Positions 1 to 11,585 are shown, counted from the first letter of the stretch. The stretch is DNA of 64,000 bases from an uncultured Verrucomicrobiae bacterium (GCA_963788655.1 CAWBHS010000050.1:16954-80953); one strand, 5' to 3'. Notes: generated by a model not told the origin, from the sequence alone. Translations and numbers: made by a program.

Positions 1-645
1 GATACCGTCTATAGTTACGAACGAACGCTGTTTCGTCCCCTCCTGGCGGAATACTCCATTAAACCCGCGCGGCCATTCGTGCTGATTGAATCGACATACG
101 AAGGGGAGCATAACTCGACTCCGGCGCAGATTCGCCGGCAGGCCTATTGGGCGATGCTCGGCGGAGCGTGTGGCCAGTTCCTGGGCAACAATCCGCTGTG
201 GCACTTTGACGGACCGGGACTCTACGCCTCCAAGCTAAGTTGGGTGCAGGCCATGGACGCTACCGGTTCGCGCGACATGACGCGGCTCGGTGCATTCTTT
301 CGCGCCTTGCCGTGGTACCAACTGCGTCCCGAGCAAAACCATGTCGTGGTGACCGAAGGGTATGGGAAGGAAATTGCCACCGCGCTGACGGCACGGACGC
401 GCGACGGTAAGTTGTCGGTGACTTACATTCCCTCGACCGGCACCGAGACGCGCGAGTTGACGGTTGATACGACGCAATTCTCCGGCCCTGTCGCTGGCCG
501 TTGGTTTAACCCGACCACCGGACAGTTCACCGGAATCGATGGTCCGCAACTACCAAACCGCGGCCGGCATCGCCTGCGCGCGCCGGGTGATAATGGCACG
601 CAGGCAAATGATTGGGTGCTACTTCTCGAAGTCGTTGCAAAATGA
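1..645 (+). CDS. DUF4038-type (apiosidase-like) protein with C-terminal putative collagen-binding domain, 5' partial
   Basis: Frame open from base 1. IESTYEGEH..IRRQAYWAMLGGACG and C-terminal WFNPTTG...NDWVLLL are typical of the family. Confidence 0.75.
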   Translation, partial: DTVYSYERTLFRPLLAEYSIKPARPFVLIESTYEGEHNSTPAQIRRQAYWAMLGGACGQFLGNNPLWHFDGPGLYASKLSWVQAMDATGSRDMTRLGAFFRALPWYQLRPEQNHVVVTEGYGKEIATALTARTRDGKLSVTYIPSTGTETRELTVDTTQFSGPVAGRWFNPTTGQFTGIDGPQLPNRGRHRLRAPGDNGTQANDWVLLLEVVAK

Positions 646-3325
646 AAATTGTGAAGGCACACCATGATATGAAAATCCTAAAACCAGCGTCACCTCAAAC
701 CGGATGGCCCAGTTGGTTAATTCCGATGCTCGCCCTACCTCTGTTGCTGGTCACGGCCTCCGCTGCGCCCGTGCATGTCTGGGAAAAAGTTGAAATCACC
801 CTCCAAGCTTCGAACACCTACGCGAATCCCTACACCGATGCGCAAGTGTGGGTGGACCTGGCGGGGCCGGGCTGGACATGTCGGTGTTATGGCTTCTGGG
901 ATGGTGGAAACATTTTTCGCGTGCGGGTGTTGGCTCCCCGGCCCGGCACGTGGACCTGGCACAGTGGATCAGAGCCTGCCGATGCGGGCTTGGCCGGGCG
1001 CAGTGGGACGTTCGAGGCGGTGCCGTGGTCGGAGGTCGAGAAAGTGGCCAACATCTGCCGGCGCGGCAACATTCGCGCCACGGCAAATGGCCACGCCTTC
1101 GAACACGCGGACGGCGCGCCGTATTTTCTCTTGGGCGACACGTGGTGGGCTACGCCGACGTTTCGCTTCCGGTGGTATCCGGACGATGCGCCGCGGGCGA
1201 TCGGGCCAGAGGCGGGTTTCAAGGACTTCGTGCGTTTCCGCCGCGCGCAGGGATTCAACTGCATCGCCCTCATTGCCGCACTTCCGAATTGGGCCGATGA
1301 TGGCCATCCGGCCACGCTCAAGATGGCCGACGGCACCGTCTTGCGCTCCGCCTGGCGTGAGGCGGGCACTGATCGCGCGAAGAACATGACCAACGAATTC
1401 GGCCAGCGCGCCTTCCTTTTTCCCGGAAGGGTGCCCGGCTTCGAAAGCGTGTTCCCCGACGTGGAACAAATCGATCCGGCCTACTTCCAAACGCTTGACC
1501 TGAAGATGGATTACTTGAATGCGCAAGGATTCATCCCGTTCATCGAAGTGGCCCGACGCGACATCGGCCAGGCTTGGAAGAAGTTTTATCCGTGGCCGCA
1601 ATCCTATGTGCGCTACATCCAATACGTGTGGAGTCGTTACCAGGCGCACATTGCGCTGTTCAGCCCCATTCACTTTGACACGCCGGCGCAAAGCATCCCG
1701 GCAGCGGAATGGAATCGCGCGGCCAAACGCGTGCTCGACCAATACGGCCCACCACCCTTTGGCACGCTGGTTGGCAACAACGCCAATCCCTCTTCCTTGC
1801 GCAACTGGGGACATGTGGACCAGGCCCCGTGGCTCGGCTTTCATCAAATTGGCAATCGACGCACGCATGATTGTTATTCCTATCTCACCGAGATTTTTTC
1901 AACCAATCCACCGTTGCCCGGTCTCAATGGCGAACCGTATTACGATGGCATGGAAGACGCCGAGCCGGGAAGTGAACGCGCCGCGCTCTACTGTCGTTCG
2001 GCCATGTATGGCAGCGTGCTTTCGGGTGGTTTGGGCGGTCACATCTACGGGGCGGGCGGTTGGCAAGGCGGCTTGTGGAGCGGCGAGGTGGAAGCGGCTT
2101 CGAAATATCCCATCTGGGAAGTCATCCAATGGCGGTCGGCAGACCAGATGCAGCATCTCAAAACCTTTGTCCTGTCTGAAGGTAAACGCTACCAGGAGTT
2201 CGAACCCGCACTCGATGCCATTTCGCCGAGTCGTTCCGGCAAACCAAACGGTCTAACCGGCTGGGCCTACGCCGCACGCACGCCCGAGCGGGATTTATTC
2301 CTGCTCTACTTCGAGCGGGATTGTCCAGCGGCAACGCTGGAGGGCACCCGGCCGAATGCTGTGTATCAGGCACGATGGTTCAATCCCCGCACCGGGCAGT
2401 GGCGCGACACCGCGCCCGACTCGATAACGGCTGACACTGAGGGCCACTTGGAGCTGCCGCCGTTTCCCGGAACACCCGACAAATCGGATACGGATTGGGC
2501 CATGAAATTGGTGATGCCCAAACGCGCCCGCTCCTCCGCCAAGCCGCCGACCGTCCGCGTTGCGGGCATCGTGCTCAAATGGTTGCGAGGCGACAAGGCT
2601 GCCAATTACCGCCGCGCCGAGCCGATGATCCGCAAGGCCGCCGCACACGGGGCGCAATTGTTTGCACGACCGAATGCTTTCTGGACGGGTACGCCATTGC
2701 TGACAAGTCCATTCCGTTGGACCAGTATCGGGCGTTGGGCGAGACTATCCCGCAGGGAAGATACTTCCGCAAACTGGCCAGCTTGGCCAAGGAATTGAAA
2801 ATCTTTCTCATCGCGGGGATGATGGAGGCTGACGGGGAGCGTCGCTTTAACACCGCGGTGCTGATCAACCCGGATGGCGAACTGATCGGCAAGTATCACA
2901 AACAGCGGCTGGGACATGAGTCCTTTCGCAATACTGCGGGCAATCAATCGTCGGTGTTCAAAACACCTTTCGGCGAGATCGGCATTATGATCTGCGCCGA
3001 TCGCCGTTACCCTGAAGTGGTGCAGGGCTTCTGCACCCGGGGTGCGAATTTCCTGATCTGTCCCTCCGGGGGTATGTTCGGACCAAAGAAGAATGATCCC
3101 ATTGTCCAAGCGCGCTCGAAGGAAACCGGTAAGTATATTGTCTTTGTGCATCCGGCGGAGTTTCTCGTCACCGGAACGGACGGAGCCATTTTGGATCGCA
3201 CCATTCTGGGGGATGATCTCCTGATCACACGGGACCAAGTTGGGACGGATGCGGATTCCCAGCACGTGTTCTATTTTGATGTGCCTTTAACCAGTCAGCC
3301 GCCAGTCGGACTTGGTGAAGAATGA
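642..3325 (+). CDS. Secreted DUF5060/DUF4038 protein fused to a C-terminal carbon-nitrogen hydrolase (nitrilase-family) domain; one frameshift ~2657
   Basis: Signal peptide, WEKVEITL/NPYTD, LGDTWW, NGEPYYDG and WFNPRTG, then VRVAGIVLKW..AAAHGAQ. Continues in the next frame as IVCTTECFLDGY...KYHK...IMICADRR (E-K-C triad). Confidence 0.75.
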
Positions 3326-3542
3326 GGTAGGACAAACCTACGTTAAGCAGACCCGCATTTTTTCGAAGCGTTGGTTGATTTCGTGACGGGCCTGGCCGCT
3401 CTGGTGGGTCCGGCAAAGTGCGCCTCAGAGTTGGCTCGGCTCGTTGACGTGCCCGATGCCTTGATAGTTGACTGCTATTACCTCCAAAACCTCGTCACCG
3501 CGATTGAGTCCTGGGGCCGTGCCAAATGGCAATAATCCGGAG

Positions 3543-3784
3543 TCACCCGGTGCCTGCGCATCGTAGCCGGCACGGTGAACAACCTTCGGATCCAGGCGCG
3601 CTGGTAATCGTATCCACGCAGCATTCCTGGGACGATAATCGGTTTCCAACCATCGTGACGACCAGCGGCAGGCGGTTGATGGCGTCAGCGGACAACACCA
3701 ATACGGGTCGGTGGCCGGCCTGCTCCCTTCCTTGAACTGGATTCAGGTTAACAAAGTAGATTTCGCCGCGTTGGATAGCCAGCA
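3543..3784 (-). pseudogene. MazF/PemK-family toxin remnant
   Basis: IQRGEIYFVNLNPVQGREQAGHRPVLVLSADAINRLPLVV is a PemK N-terminus; the C-terminal half is degenerate and no intact antitoxin is seen. Confidence 0.7.
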
Positions 3785-3944
3785 GTGCCTCTTGAGTCCG
3801 TCGGCTTGGACCACGTGCTTTCACCGGCGGTGACAATGACGCCGGTCTCGGTCTGCGTGCGACTGACCGTGTCGAACCACGTCCGAGCGCAGGTGCCGGC
3901 GGCCAGATCCTTCACACCCATAGGTCCCGAATAGTCGTAGGTGT

Positions 3945-6341
3945 TCATCGCTCGTTGAACTGCACGTAATCAAGCCGGCCGGCTTCCGCGCCATCGCTCT
4001 GGACATCCACTCGAATTTCGTCCCCGCGGCGGATGATGACGTCTCGGACTGTGTGGCTCTTCCAACCACGGCCTTCGCCCGGCGATTCCCAGGGCTCCGC
4101 CTTGGGCGACGCGGTTGACGAATAACGCGAACCGGGCGCGCGAGCCATTTACATCGAGGTAGCGAATATCCACGTCGTAATGGCCAATGTCGCTTGTGAA
4201 CGGTTCGTCGAATGGCGTTCGAATGCTACCAGTCGCGGCGCTCGACCAGCTTGACGTTGAGACGTTGCGAAGCGTTCCGGTCGTTGCGGTCCTCCAATGC
4301 AAAGCCATCGAAGTGGCGGAAGTTCTCGGCTTCAAGCCGCACCTGTTTTCGTGCTGCGACCGACGCCGGAGAAGTGCATGCTTCGCGATAAGCCGTTTGA
4401 GTTTTGTCGGGTCGCACTCTTCATCGCCCGTGACAAGGAACCAGGTCATTCCGGCGTCGGATGGGTCGGGACGGGTCGAAACGAGCATGCGCTCCCAGAG
4501 CCAATGAACCTTTGCGTCGTGCGAATTGCGCATCCAGAAATACGGCGCGAATTCTTTCGGCGTGGACGGCTGACCGTAGCGGCCGAAACTCAACCGTCGG
4601 TTCTGGTCCTGAATCTGCACCCAGTGGACATCCTGCTCGATCACGCTCCGCTTCGTGTAGGAGAATTTGTATTGGGACGCGAACCCGTCGTTCCACCGAC
4701 TGTGCGAGATGCAATAGACAAACTGACGATTGGCCGGATCGGACTTTTGGATGCCCAGATACGGAACTTCCATTGGACCGGCGATGATGAAATAGAGTGG
4801 ATTCGAGCGCCGAGGATTTATTGATAGCCTTGGCGATGTTGGCCACGGCAGCGTCGAGGTTTTTGCGGCAATCGAAGAATCGTGACTGGTCAAAACCGAA
4901 GCGTTCCGCCGCCCCGAGCACGCTCTCGGTGTGTGTCTTTTCCCAGGTCGGATCTGTCTGCGGCAGAATGGAATTATAGCCGAAGTGGACCAAGTGATCC
5001 TTGACGCCGGCTGCGGCGAGAATCGCCAGCGTCATTGGCGAGGCAATCCAGTCGTCTCGGTCATTGTGGTTGCCGTCACAACTGTAGGCGATGCGGCCTT
5101 GGAAGGTCTGCCCGTCGAAGGGGAACGCCCGCGCCGGCGGCGCCGCGCGAGACCGGCCCGGCTCGCGCGGCGCTGGGGTCTCGACTACCGCAGCCATCAT
5201 CCGCTTCCACAACTCGTGATAGTATTCCGGATGCTCGTTAAGCATTCTGGTCCGGTCCCAATCGCACCACCACCATGTCCTGGCTGGGCACGACGAAGCA
5301 CGCCTGCTTGCCCCAACCAGACATGTAAAAGGCGTCGCGCGGAGCGGCGTTACCCAATCCTTGTCCCGTGTGGTTGTTCCACCAGAGACGACCGTAATAC
5401 TGGTTGGCCTGCGGTTCGAAGGCAAAGTTCGGCTGGCGCCAGGTGCTCTTTTCCAAGGTCGAATCGCGATGGGTGAACGCGTCAATGCGTTCGGCCTCGA
5501 TAACCTGGCGGCGTTGGCCGTCCTTTTCCCAAGCGCCATGGTGCAGCGCCAGGTAACCCACCCGGGCCAGTTCCCGCGCCGGAAATCGCGCGCCACCTTG
5601 CGGCCCGCCGGAACCGCCGGCGTGCCCGCTGAACTGGCCCCACTTTACCGGCGCCGCGCCGATGGCGGCATTGATTTCCTGGTCGAAGAACTGGTCCAGT
5701 TTGCGACCGCTGACGTTCTCCAGAATCAGGCTGAACATGTCCACGGGAACTGAGGCATAAGCCCAAACGGCTCCTGGCGGCGCCTCGACTTTTTGCGCGA
5801 ACACCTGGTCAAGGTAGTCGGCCTTGTAGGGACCGTCATACGGCGTCAGTCCCGAAGTCATCGTGAGCAGGTGCCGAAGGCGAATTTGTTTCCGCGCCGG
5901 TTCGGCTTCGGCCCATTGCGCCGGAAGAAACCGCCACGCCTCATCGTCGAGGCCGATGCGTTTGGGCAGTTGGCCGGTGTCGCTCAGGTCAAACAGCTTC
6001 GCCATGGCCAGCGCCGTGAGCGACTTGGTGCAGGACGCGATGCCGCGCGCGTCGGTAAAGTTTCTCCACTCGCCCGCAATCCAGCCGTGTCGGATGATCA
6101 GCAGGGAATTTGGCGTCTTGAAACTCGCCGTGTAGCGCCAGGCTTCGGCGAGTTTGTCCCAATCCAAACCGGTGCGCTCACGCACGGCCTGCTTTTGTTC
6201 TGCGGATGGCATTGCGTTAACCGGCACCAGCGTGCGCCAGCCGCCCTGGCGCTCTGGTGGCGGGAAATAAGTCTCCACACCACGTGCATAGATCGAGGCA
6301 AACAAGCAGGAGGCGCCAACGAAATAGATTAGGGCATTCAT
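3945..6341 (-). CDS. Secreted multidomain protein: beta-lactamase-family serine hydrolase + uncharacterised domain + CBM-like C-terminus; about 4-5 frameshifts
   Basis: SCTK (SxxK), LRHLLTMTSG, WAYAS, YGRLWW and GWGKQ. Coding continues across frames (GRIAYSCDGNHNDRDDW; LYFIIAGPME; RLEAENF...RLDYVQF) to a stop at 3945. Confidence 0.65.
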
Positions 6342-6411
6342 AGAGTCTCAACTCGCGTTGCAGGCAACGTTCATGCCCAGCTTAAGGTCATTTCAATCAC
6401 GAAATGCTTCT

Positions 6412-8703
6412 TCAGCGGGTCATGACCTTTTGCAGGTTCAGGATTTGCCGGGCAATCAGCCAGCGATACACGTCAAATTCCGGAGGCGACCAAAGACCAT
6501 CATATTTGTATTTGGCTTGGACATGGATAGCATTCCAGATCGATTGCAGTTCCCGCTCAGCGTCGCTCGCGGCCTGTCGCGCCGCCGTTTTGGGACTTCG
6601 GCGGGCCTCGGAAATGAGTTGTTCGAGCGTGAACACGTAGCGGTAGTCATCGTAACCTTCACGATAGGCTTCCCACAGCGCGACCGGCAGGGGCATGCCG
6701 TCCGGTTCGTGGCGGTTGAAAAAGTCCATCGCGGACCCATCGAGGTAATTGAAGGGATCGCCAATGCTCGCCGAGTAAATCCACGGAATCAGCGTGCGAA
6801 AACCCGAACGCCAGAAGCCAAATCCGTAAGTCATCCGCGCGCCGGTGACGGGAGTGTGGTCGTTCTCCCCGTTCACGTGATTCGGGTAGCACCAGTATTC
6901 GACGTGCCGTGCTTTGGTGTCGGCCAGAACTGTCTCGCGATCGGGCAGGAAGGGTTGTGTACACCACACGTCCACGTAAGGACGCATGGGAGCGAACTGG
7001 TCGTGCGTGGGATCGGCAGTCACGTAGGTGCGCACCCCGGCGGCCTTGCACGCCTTCAGCACCTTCACCATGAAATTCACCGAGGCCGCGTCCGTGCTCG
7101 GCTCATCCACCGGATAGATCAGAAACTCCGGCCAGCCACGCTTTCGACGCTCCGCCTCGATGGCCTTCACGAGCGCGGTGATCTCGCGGCTGAATTCCGC
7201 AGGCGGATCTTTCACGCCCCGCAGATGACTGCCGTAACGCTCCTTCATGTATTTCGAATAGACCGACGCGGTGCTGATGCTCATCACGATCGGGCCTCGA
7301 AAATTGAACTTCTTCCAGAGAGCGATCTTCTCGGCGAGCAAATCCCAGTTGAAGTTGAAGTGGCCTTGAGCATCAGCGGCACCGCTGCCGCAGGACAACA
7401 CTACATTGCGGGTGCCGTGGGCCACCATGTCAGCGGCTTCCAGTTCGGCCTTGCGGCGAAAGTAGGCGCGGGAAACATCGTCATCCGCGCGGGCAAGTTG
7501 GTCGTACGGATGCCGATAGTAAATGCCGAAAATCTTGTCCGGATCATCCCGCAGCTTGAACGGCAGGATGCGCAATGTGACCGGCAACTCCGCCTGGCCA
7601 CCCGAACATTCGAAGGTAACCTTGCCCGTGTAGATGCCAGGCGGAGCCTCGTCGGGCACGTGGACGGTGAGCCAGAACCGTGTGTTCTCGCCGGCCTTAA
7701 GGTTCAGCGTATCGAAATGCTCCAGAATGTCCGGCACGATTCGATAGCGGTAACGCGTGGTGTAATTGGGCCGCGCTTTGATGAAGCGGACGTGCCGGAT
7801 GTCAACTTGGTCCGCCGGCACCGGCCCGATAGCACTGACGGTAACCTTCGCCCCGGTCAGGTCGCGCAGGGGATAAATAACAAAGTTCATTGGCTCAAAT
7901 TCGCCCGGTGTGGCGAAGAGTCGCAAAGCTGGATTGAGGTCTTCCTGGCGCGGCCTCGTATGTGGATAAATGCATTCCAGATAATGTCGCGAGTAAACGA
8001 CGAAGCCGCGTTGCTGATCGGCCTGGCTTACCGGCGGCATCGAGCCGGACGCCGGCTCCGGTTCCTCCTTCCATTGGGTCCATTCTTCGGGCGGCAGGCG
8101 ATAGGTCCACTCTTCGAGCGGAGCAATGATGTCCTTTTCCACAGGGCCGGCTTCCGGCGCAGTCCAGGCAAGGATGGCATTCACAACCCATTTGCTGCGC
8201 GGACTTAATCGCACCGCCAACGGTTCATCAGCAACGCGAGTGTGAAACCGAAGCGAATGGAATTGGTATCCGCCTTCGACTTGCACGCGGCGCTGCTCGG
8301 TGCCCACCTGCACGGTAAAATCGAAGAACTGACTCCGCATGGCCTCGCTGGTGCCGCATATCACATAAACGTCGTAGTCCCCGGGCGGCAATTGCATCAT
8401 GAACGCATTCTCGTGGTCGCTCAGCGTGCAATCTTCGGTGATGGGATTGGTCCAAATCGGCGGCGGCTCCTCGCGGCCCCGGCTGCGGTTTTCGATCGGG
8501 GTCGTGTAGGCGCAAGCCTGGGCCTTCAAGCCGTCGGTCGATTGCCAGCCAAAGCCGGATTGGTTCGAGAATAACGCTTGCGGCGTCACGCGCGTAAAGC
8601 CATTCCCTACCGCAGAGCGGGCGGTGCCCATGTCAAACAGTCCTGGCGCCCCCGCGGCGATTTGGGCCAGGGCCAACAACCAGACGAAAACGAATCTCTT
8701 CAT
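6412..8703 (-). CDS. Secreted glycoside hydrolase-like protein (DUF4091/GH123-like C-terminus)
   Basis: AAGGAG RBS, signal peptide MKRFVFVWLLALA, GEFEPMNFVIYP, FWLTVHVP..PGIYTG, YPVDEP, WEAYREGYDDYRY. Confidence 0.7.
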   Translation of the reverse strand: MKRFVFVWLLALAQIAAGAPGLFDMGTARSAVGNGFTRVTPQALFSNQSGFGWQSTDGLKAQACAYTTPIENRSRGREEPPPIWTNPITEDCTLSDHENAFMMQLPPGDYDVYVICGTSEAMRSQFFDFTVQVGTEQRRVQVEGGYQFHSLRFHTRVADEPLAVRLSPRSKWVVNAILAWTAPEAGPVEKDIIAPLEEWTYRLPPEEWTQWKEEPEPASGSMPPVSQADQQRGFVVYSRHYLECIYPHTRPRQEDLNPALRLFATPGEFEPMNFVIYPLRDLTGAKVTVSAIGPVPADQVDIRHVRFIKARPNYTTRYRYRIVPDILEHFDTLNLKAGENTRFWLTVHVPDEAPPGIYTGKVTFECSGGQAELPVTLRILPFKLRDDPDKIFGIYYRHPYDQLARADDDVSRAYFRRKAELEAADMVAHGTRNVVLSCGSGAADAQGHFNFNWDLLAEKIALWKKFNFRGPIVMSISTASVYSKYMKERYGSHLRGVKDPPAEFSREITALVKAIEAERRKRGWPEFLIYPVDEPSTDAASVNFMVKVLKACKAAGVRTYVTADPTHDQFAPMRPYVDVWCTQPFLPDRETVLADTKARHVEYWCYPNHVNGENDHTPVTGARMTYGFGFWRSGFRTLIPWIYSASIGDPFNYLDGSAMDFFNRHEPDGMPLPVALWEAYREGYDDYRYVFTLEQLISEARRSPKTAARQAASDAERELQSIWNAIHVQAKYKYDGLWSPPEFDVYRWLIARQILNLQKVMTR

Positions 8704-8717
8704 GCTCAGGGCTCCTT

Positions 8718-9668
8718 TCACTTCCATGGGGACTCGACGAACCGCACGGTCGCGCCGGCGGTTTCCGTTCCACCAGCGGCGCGCGCTTCGACTTGATACG
8801 TGCCGGGGTCCATTGCGGCCTCGCCTAATTCGAGCGCCACGCGCTGCGGCCCTCGCGTCGCTATCGCCTTCTTCTCGGTAATAACTCGCGCGCCCAGCTT
8901 CAACGCACAGGTCAGTTCCACGCTCTCACCGGGTTTGACACCAGTCAGGTTGAAATGCACCGGAACCCGTTTTGCATCGGTGAACATCACCACGTTCTCC
9001 GCGGCGAAGTTCAGCAACGTGGGCTGCGCATAGCGGAGCAAATTGATGTCATCGAAATAGAAATCCAACTCGTCCCGGTCCCGGTATTTGGATTCTGCGA
9101 TGTGAAACTGCATCAAACGCACGTCGTGATGCCGCGGCACCTGCGAGAGCGGAATGCGGACTCGTGTCCATGCGTCTTTCTTCAGCTCATCCAATGCCCG
9201 GTTGAAGGCGCTCGCTTTGTTCGGCGTGTAGAGCGCCAAGCCCACTGGTTCACGGGGCAAGGCGTGGCGGGAGGTTTCGGTGTAAACCCAAAACTGCAGG
9301 TAGTCCCAACCTGACCAGTCCCGCGATGAAACTTCGCGCAGCGGAATGCTGATGCGCGGCCAGCCAATGGGATACTTTGCTTCGCCGCTGGAATAGTCCA
9401 CGGTGATGTGCCAGTGCAACGCGGGCTGACCGGTCCGTGTGCGGTGCGCTGAGGCCTCGAGGGTGGATTCAGCCGCCGCCCAGTGGCTGGCCGAATCCGG
9501 TCCGAACAAGGTTCGATTCTCCGTCACGGATTCGGTGTCCTTATCCAACCCGGCGGGCCGCGTTGGAGTCGAAGGTTCTTGGGCCGGAGCCATTGAAGCA
9601 AGAAGGAGAATGCTGGTCGTCAAAAGCGTCGCCCCACTCCATCCACTGGTCGATATGTGCGTTGTCAT
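8718..9668 (-). CDS. Secreted hypothetical protein with CBM-like domain
   Basis: Signal peptide; RDWSGWDYLQFWVY and FYFDDINL resemble a galactose-binding-like fold; adjacent to the next gene. Confidence 0.6.
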   Translation of the reverse strand: MTTHISTSGWSGATLLTTSILLLASMAPAQEPSTPTRPAGLDKDTESVTENRTLFGPDSASHWAAAESTLEASAHRTRTGQPALHWHITVDYSSGEAKYPIGWPRISIPLREVSSRDWSGWDYLQFWVYTETSRHALPREPVGLALYTPNKASAFNRALDELKKDAWTRVRIPLSQVPRHHDVRLMQFHIAESKYRDRDELDFYFDDINLLRYAQPTLLNFAAENVVMFTDAKRVPVHFNLTGVKPGESVELTCALKLGARVITEKKAIATRGPQRVALELGEAAMDPGTYQVEARAAGGTETAGATVRFVESPWK

Positions 9669-9719
9669 TGAGTCTGAGACATCAGACGGCCCGGTTGGTC
9701 CGAACCTTCAAGCTTACTG

Positions 9720-9878
9720 CTTTGCCGCGAAAACCCGCAGGGCGGCGGGTCTTTTGAACGTGGGCTTCGTTGGCTCGATCCTTACAGCCCACTGCGGGGA
9801 TGCGCGGACCTCGCCGCCTCGCCCGCGTCCAAAATCCCTCGCCGCAGGACCTCGCCCAATTTTAAAACAGGCTCTTAG
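9720..9878. mobile_element. Truncated MITE-like repeat with a single IS-like terminus
   Basis: Intergenic. The minus strand starts CTAAGAGCCTGTTTTAAAATT, an IS4/IS5-like end; no partner end or transposase is present. Confidence 0.4.
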
Positions 9879-9891
9879 TTATTCGTTCACC

Positions 9892-10923
9892 TCATGGCCG
9901 TATCGGCCCGATGTACTCCGTCGCCACCACCACGTTGTCGAACCAGACTTTAATCCGGTGACCGGCGGGTTTCTCGGTGTAGAGGTAAAGCCAGACATAG
10001 TTCACGTTCAGTTCCGGAACGGTCCGCCAGCGAAACCCTTCGAAGGGTGCGCCGCCCTCGGGAACTTTAAACCGTTCCGGTCCGCCATTCGCCCCATCCC
10101 ATCGAACGCCTTCGCCGCCGCGACCGGGCGTGAATTTGTCGTAGGTCCACAGGCCCTTTGGAAAACCTTTGCCCAGGTGACTGACCAATTGTCCGTCAAT
10201 CCAGAGTGCCTGTTCGCCATCCGTGTTCTTCGGGATCGTTGAGTTTGATCAATTGTTCAATGCAAATCCAGCGGCCTTTGGCCACCTTGAGATTCGGATC
10301 GCGAATAAAGCTGTTGCCCCAGGTCTGTCCGCGAGGCGGACTACCGCGCATCTCGCACCAATACGTGTAATAATCCCAAACCCATCGAGAACCGGAGGGC
10401 TCGATGCCCGACCAAAACGACTTCGCTCCGTCGGTGCGCTGGCCGGCCTTGACCATCGGCCACGGCGTCGGCGGATTGTTGCCGCCGAGGCAGGTCCCGA
10501 AGTGATGAATCTCGCCACAGTCAGGATCGAACTTCACATAATACCGGGCAAAGACACGATCATAGCCCCAACCACCAGTCCGGTTCTTGAGACGACGGTA
10601 GAGTTGGGGACCGGAACCCCGCTGGCGGTCCATCCGGAGCGACTGTTTGCCGGTGCTGCCGGGCGGCACATCCGGGTGAAAGATTGCCCGCTACGGTCAC
10701 CGACGCTTTCCCACCGCTGCCACAGCGCATCCAGCGACTTTTCTTCGAAGTCTTCAACGAAGATCACCCGCGGATCGCTCTCGATGCCAACGTCACCAGG
10801 ATATGAGGTGGCGATCGCTTTGGCGTTTGTCTCGACTGCGCCTTCCGCTCGGGCATCCAGGTCGGCCAGTTCCAGGAGCCCGATTCCCAAAGTCGCGACC
10901 TGAAGGATTTGGATAGCTTTCAT
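9892..10923 (-). CDS. Secreted polysaccharide-lyase-like/LamG-type hypothetical protein; frameshifts ~10680 and ~10225
   Basis: Three consecutive ORFs join: YPGDVGIESDPRVIFVEDFE / FARYYVKFDPDC...GRWICIEQLIKLN / VWFDNVVVATEYIGP. Confidence 0.6.
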
Positions 10924-10981
10924 AGTTTCCTCTCTTACACCCGTTAATCATTCCGTTCACGGAGAATTTCTGAACCAAATC

Positions 10982-11269
10982 CAATATCACCTTTACGGAG
11001 GCAATAACTCGCGACCCAACGTTGGGGACTTCGCCTGGGCGCGCGGCCTGCCCACTGCCCAGACCGAATACATGGGATTGAATCTGAATCGGCTCTACGA
11101 CGATCTGACGCTGGGCGGCGTGGCGACCTGGGAATACTACGCGCTGAACGATATCCTGCCGCTCAACTCCACTCGCACGTGGTTCAGCCATACGCAGACT
11201 TTTTGGCAGACGCGGCGGGTGCTGCGTTTTGTCCGGCCCGGCGCGTGCCGGGATGGGGATAGAGGGTGA
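10982..11269 (+). pseudogene. Internal fragment of a GH30-like (clan A) glycoside hydrolase
   Basis: Reads QYHLYGGNN...LPTAQTEYMGL...WEYY...RFVRPGA, with no N-terminus or C-terminal domain. Confidence 0.45.
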
Positions 11270-11444
11270 AGGTGGCATTGGCCGGCAGGCTCACCGATAC
11301 CGGAGCGGCATTGTCACCGTGATCAAACCCAGTTCCTGAGCCGCCCCCGAGCGCAAGCCATCCGCTCGCACACCGAGCGCGCAAAAGAGCGGAGAAAGAA
11401 CGGGGGTTAAAATTACGAAGTCAGATTAATGAATGTGGTCAAAG

Positions 11445-11488
11445 AGACTGCAAGTCCGCGATACCGCAGATTGGAAATCTGCGCTACG
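11445..11488 (-). repeat. GTAG-type REP-like palindrome
   Basis: Minus strand GTAGCGCAGATTTCCAATCTGC hairpin plus a second degenerate hairpin. Confidence 0.6.
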
Positions 11489-11534
11489 CCTGGCGGAATG
11501 CGACAACACTGAAGATACGCTATCAAACCTGGCC

Positions 11535-11585
11535 CTTGGTCCTTGGGCCTTCACTGGTCCTTGGGCATTGTTCATTGATCATTCC
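11535..11585. repeat. Degenerate 7-8 bp tandem repeat (TTGGTCC/TTGGGCA/TTGATCA)
   Basis: ttggtccttgggccttcactggtccttgggcattgttcattgatcatt. Confidence 0.55.

Noticed and set aside
2650..2670. Programmed ribosomal frameshift
   Set aside because: No slippery heptamer; similar indels are widespread in the window.
6358..8208. Long opposite-strand ORFs (also 11765-12904, 13888-15375, 60317-61897 and others)
   Set aside because: Antisense shadows of well-supported genes in GC-rich DNA.
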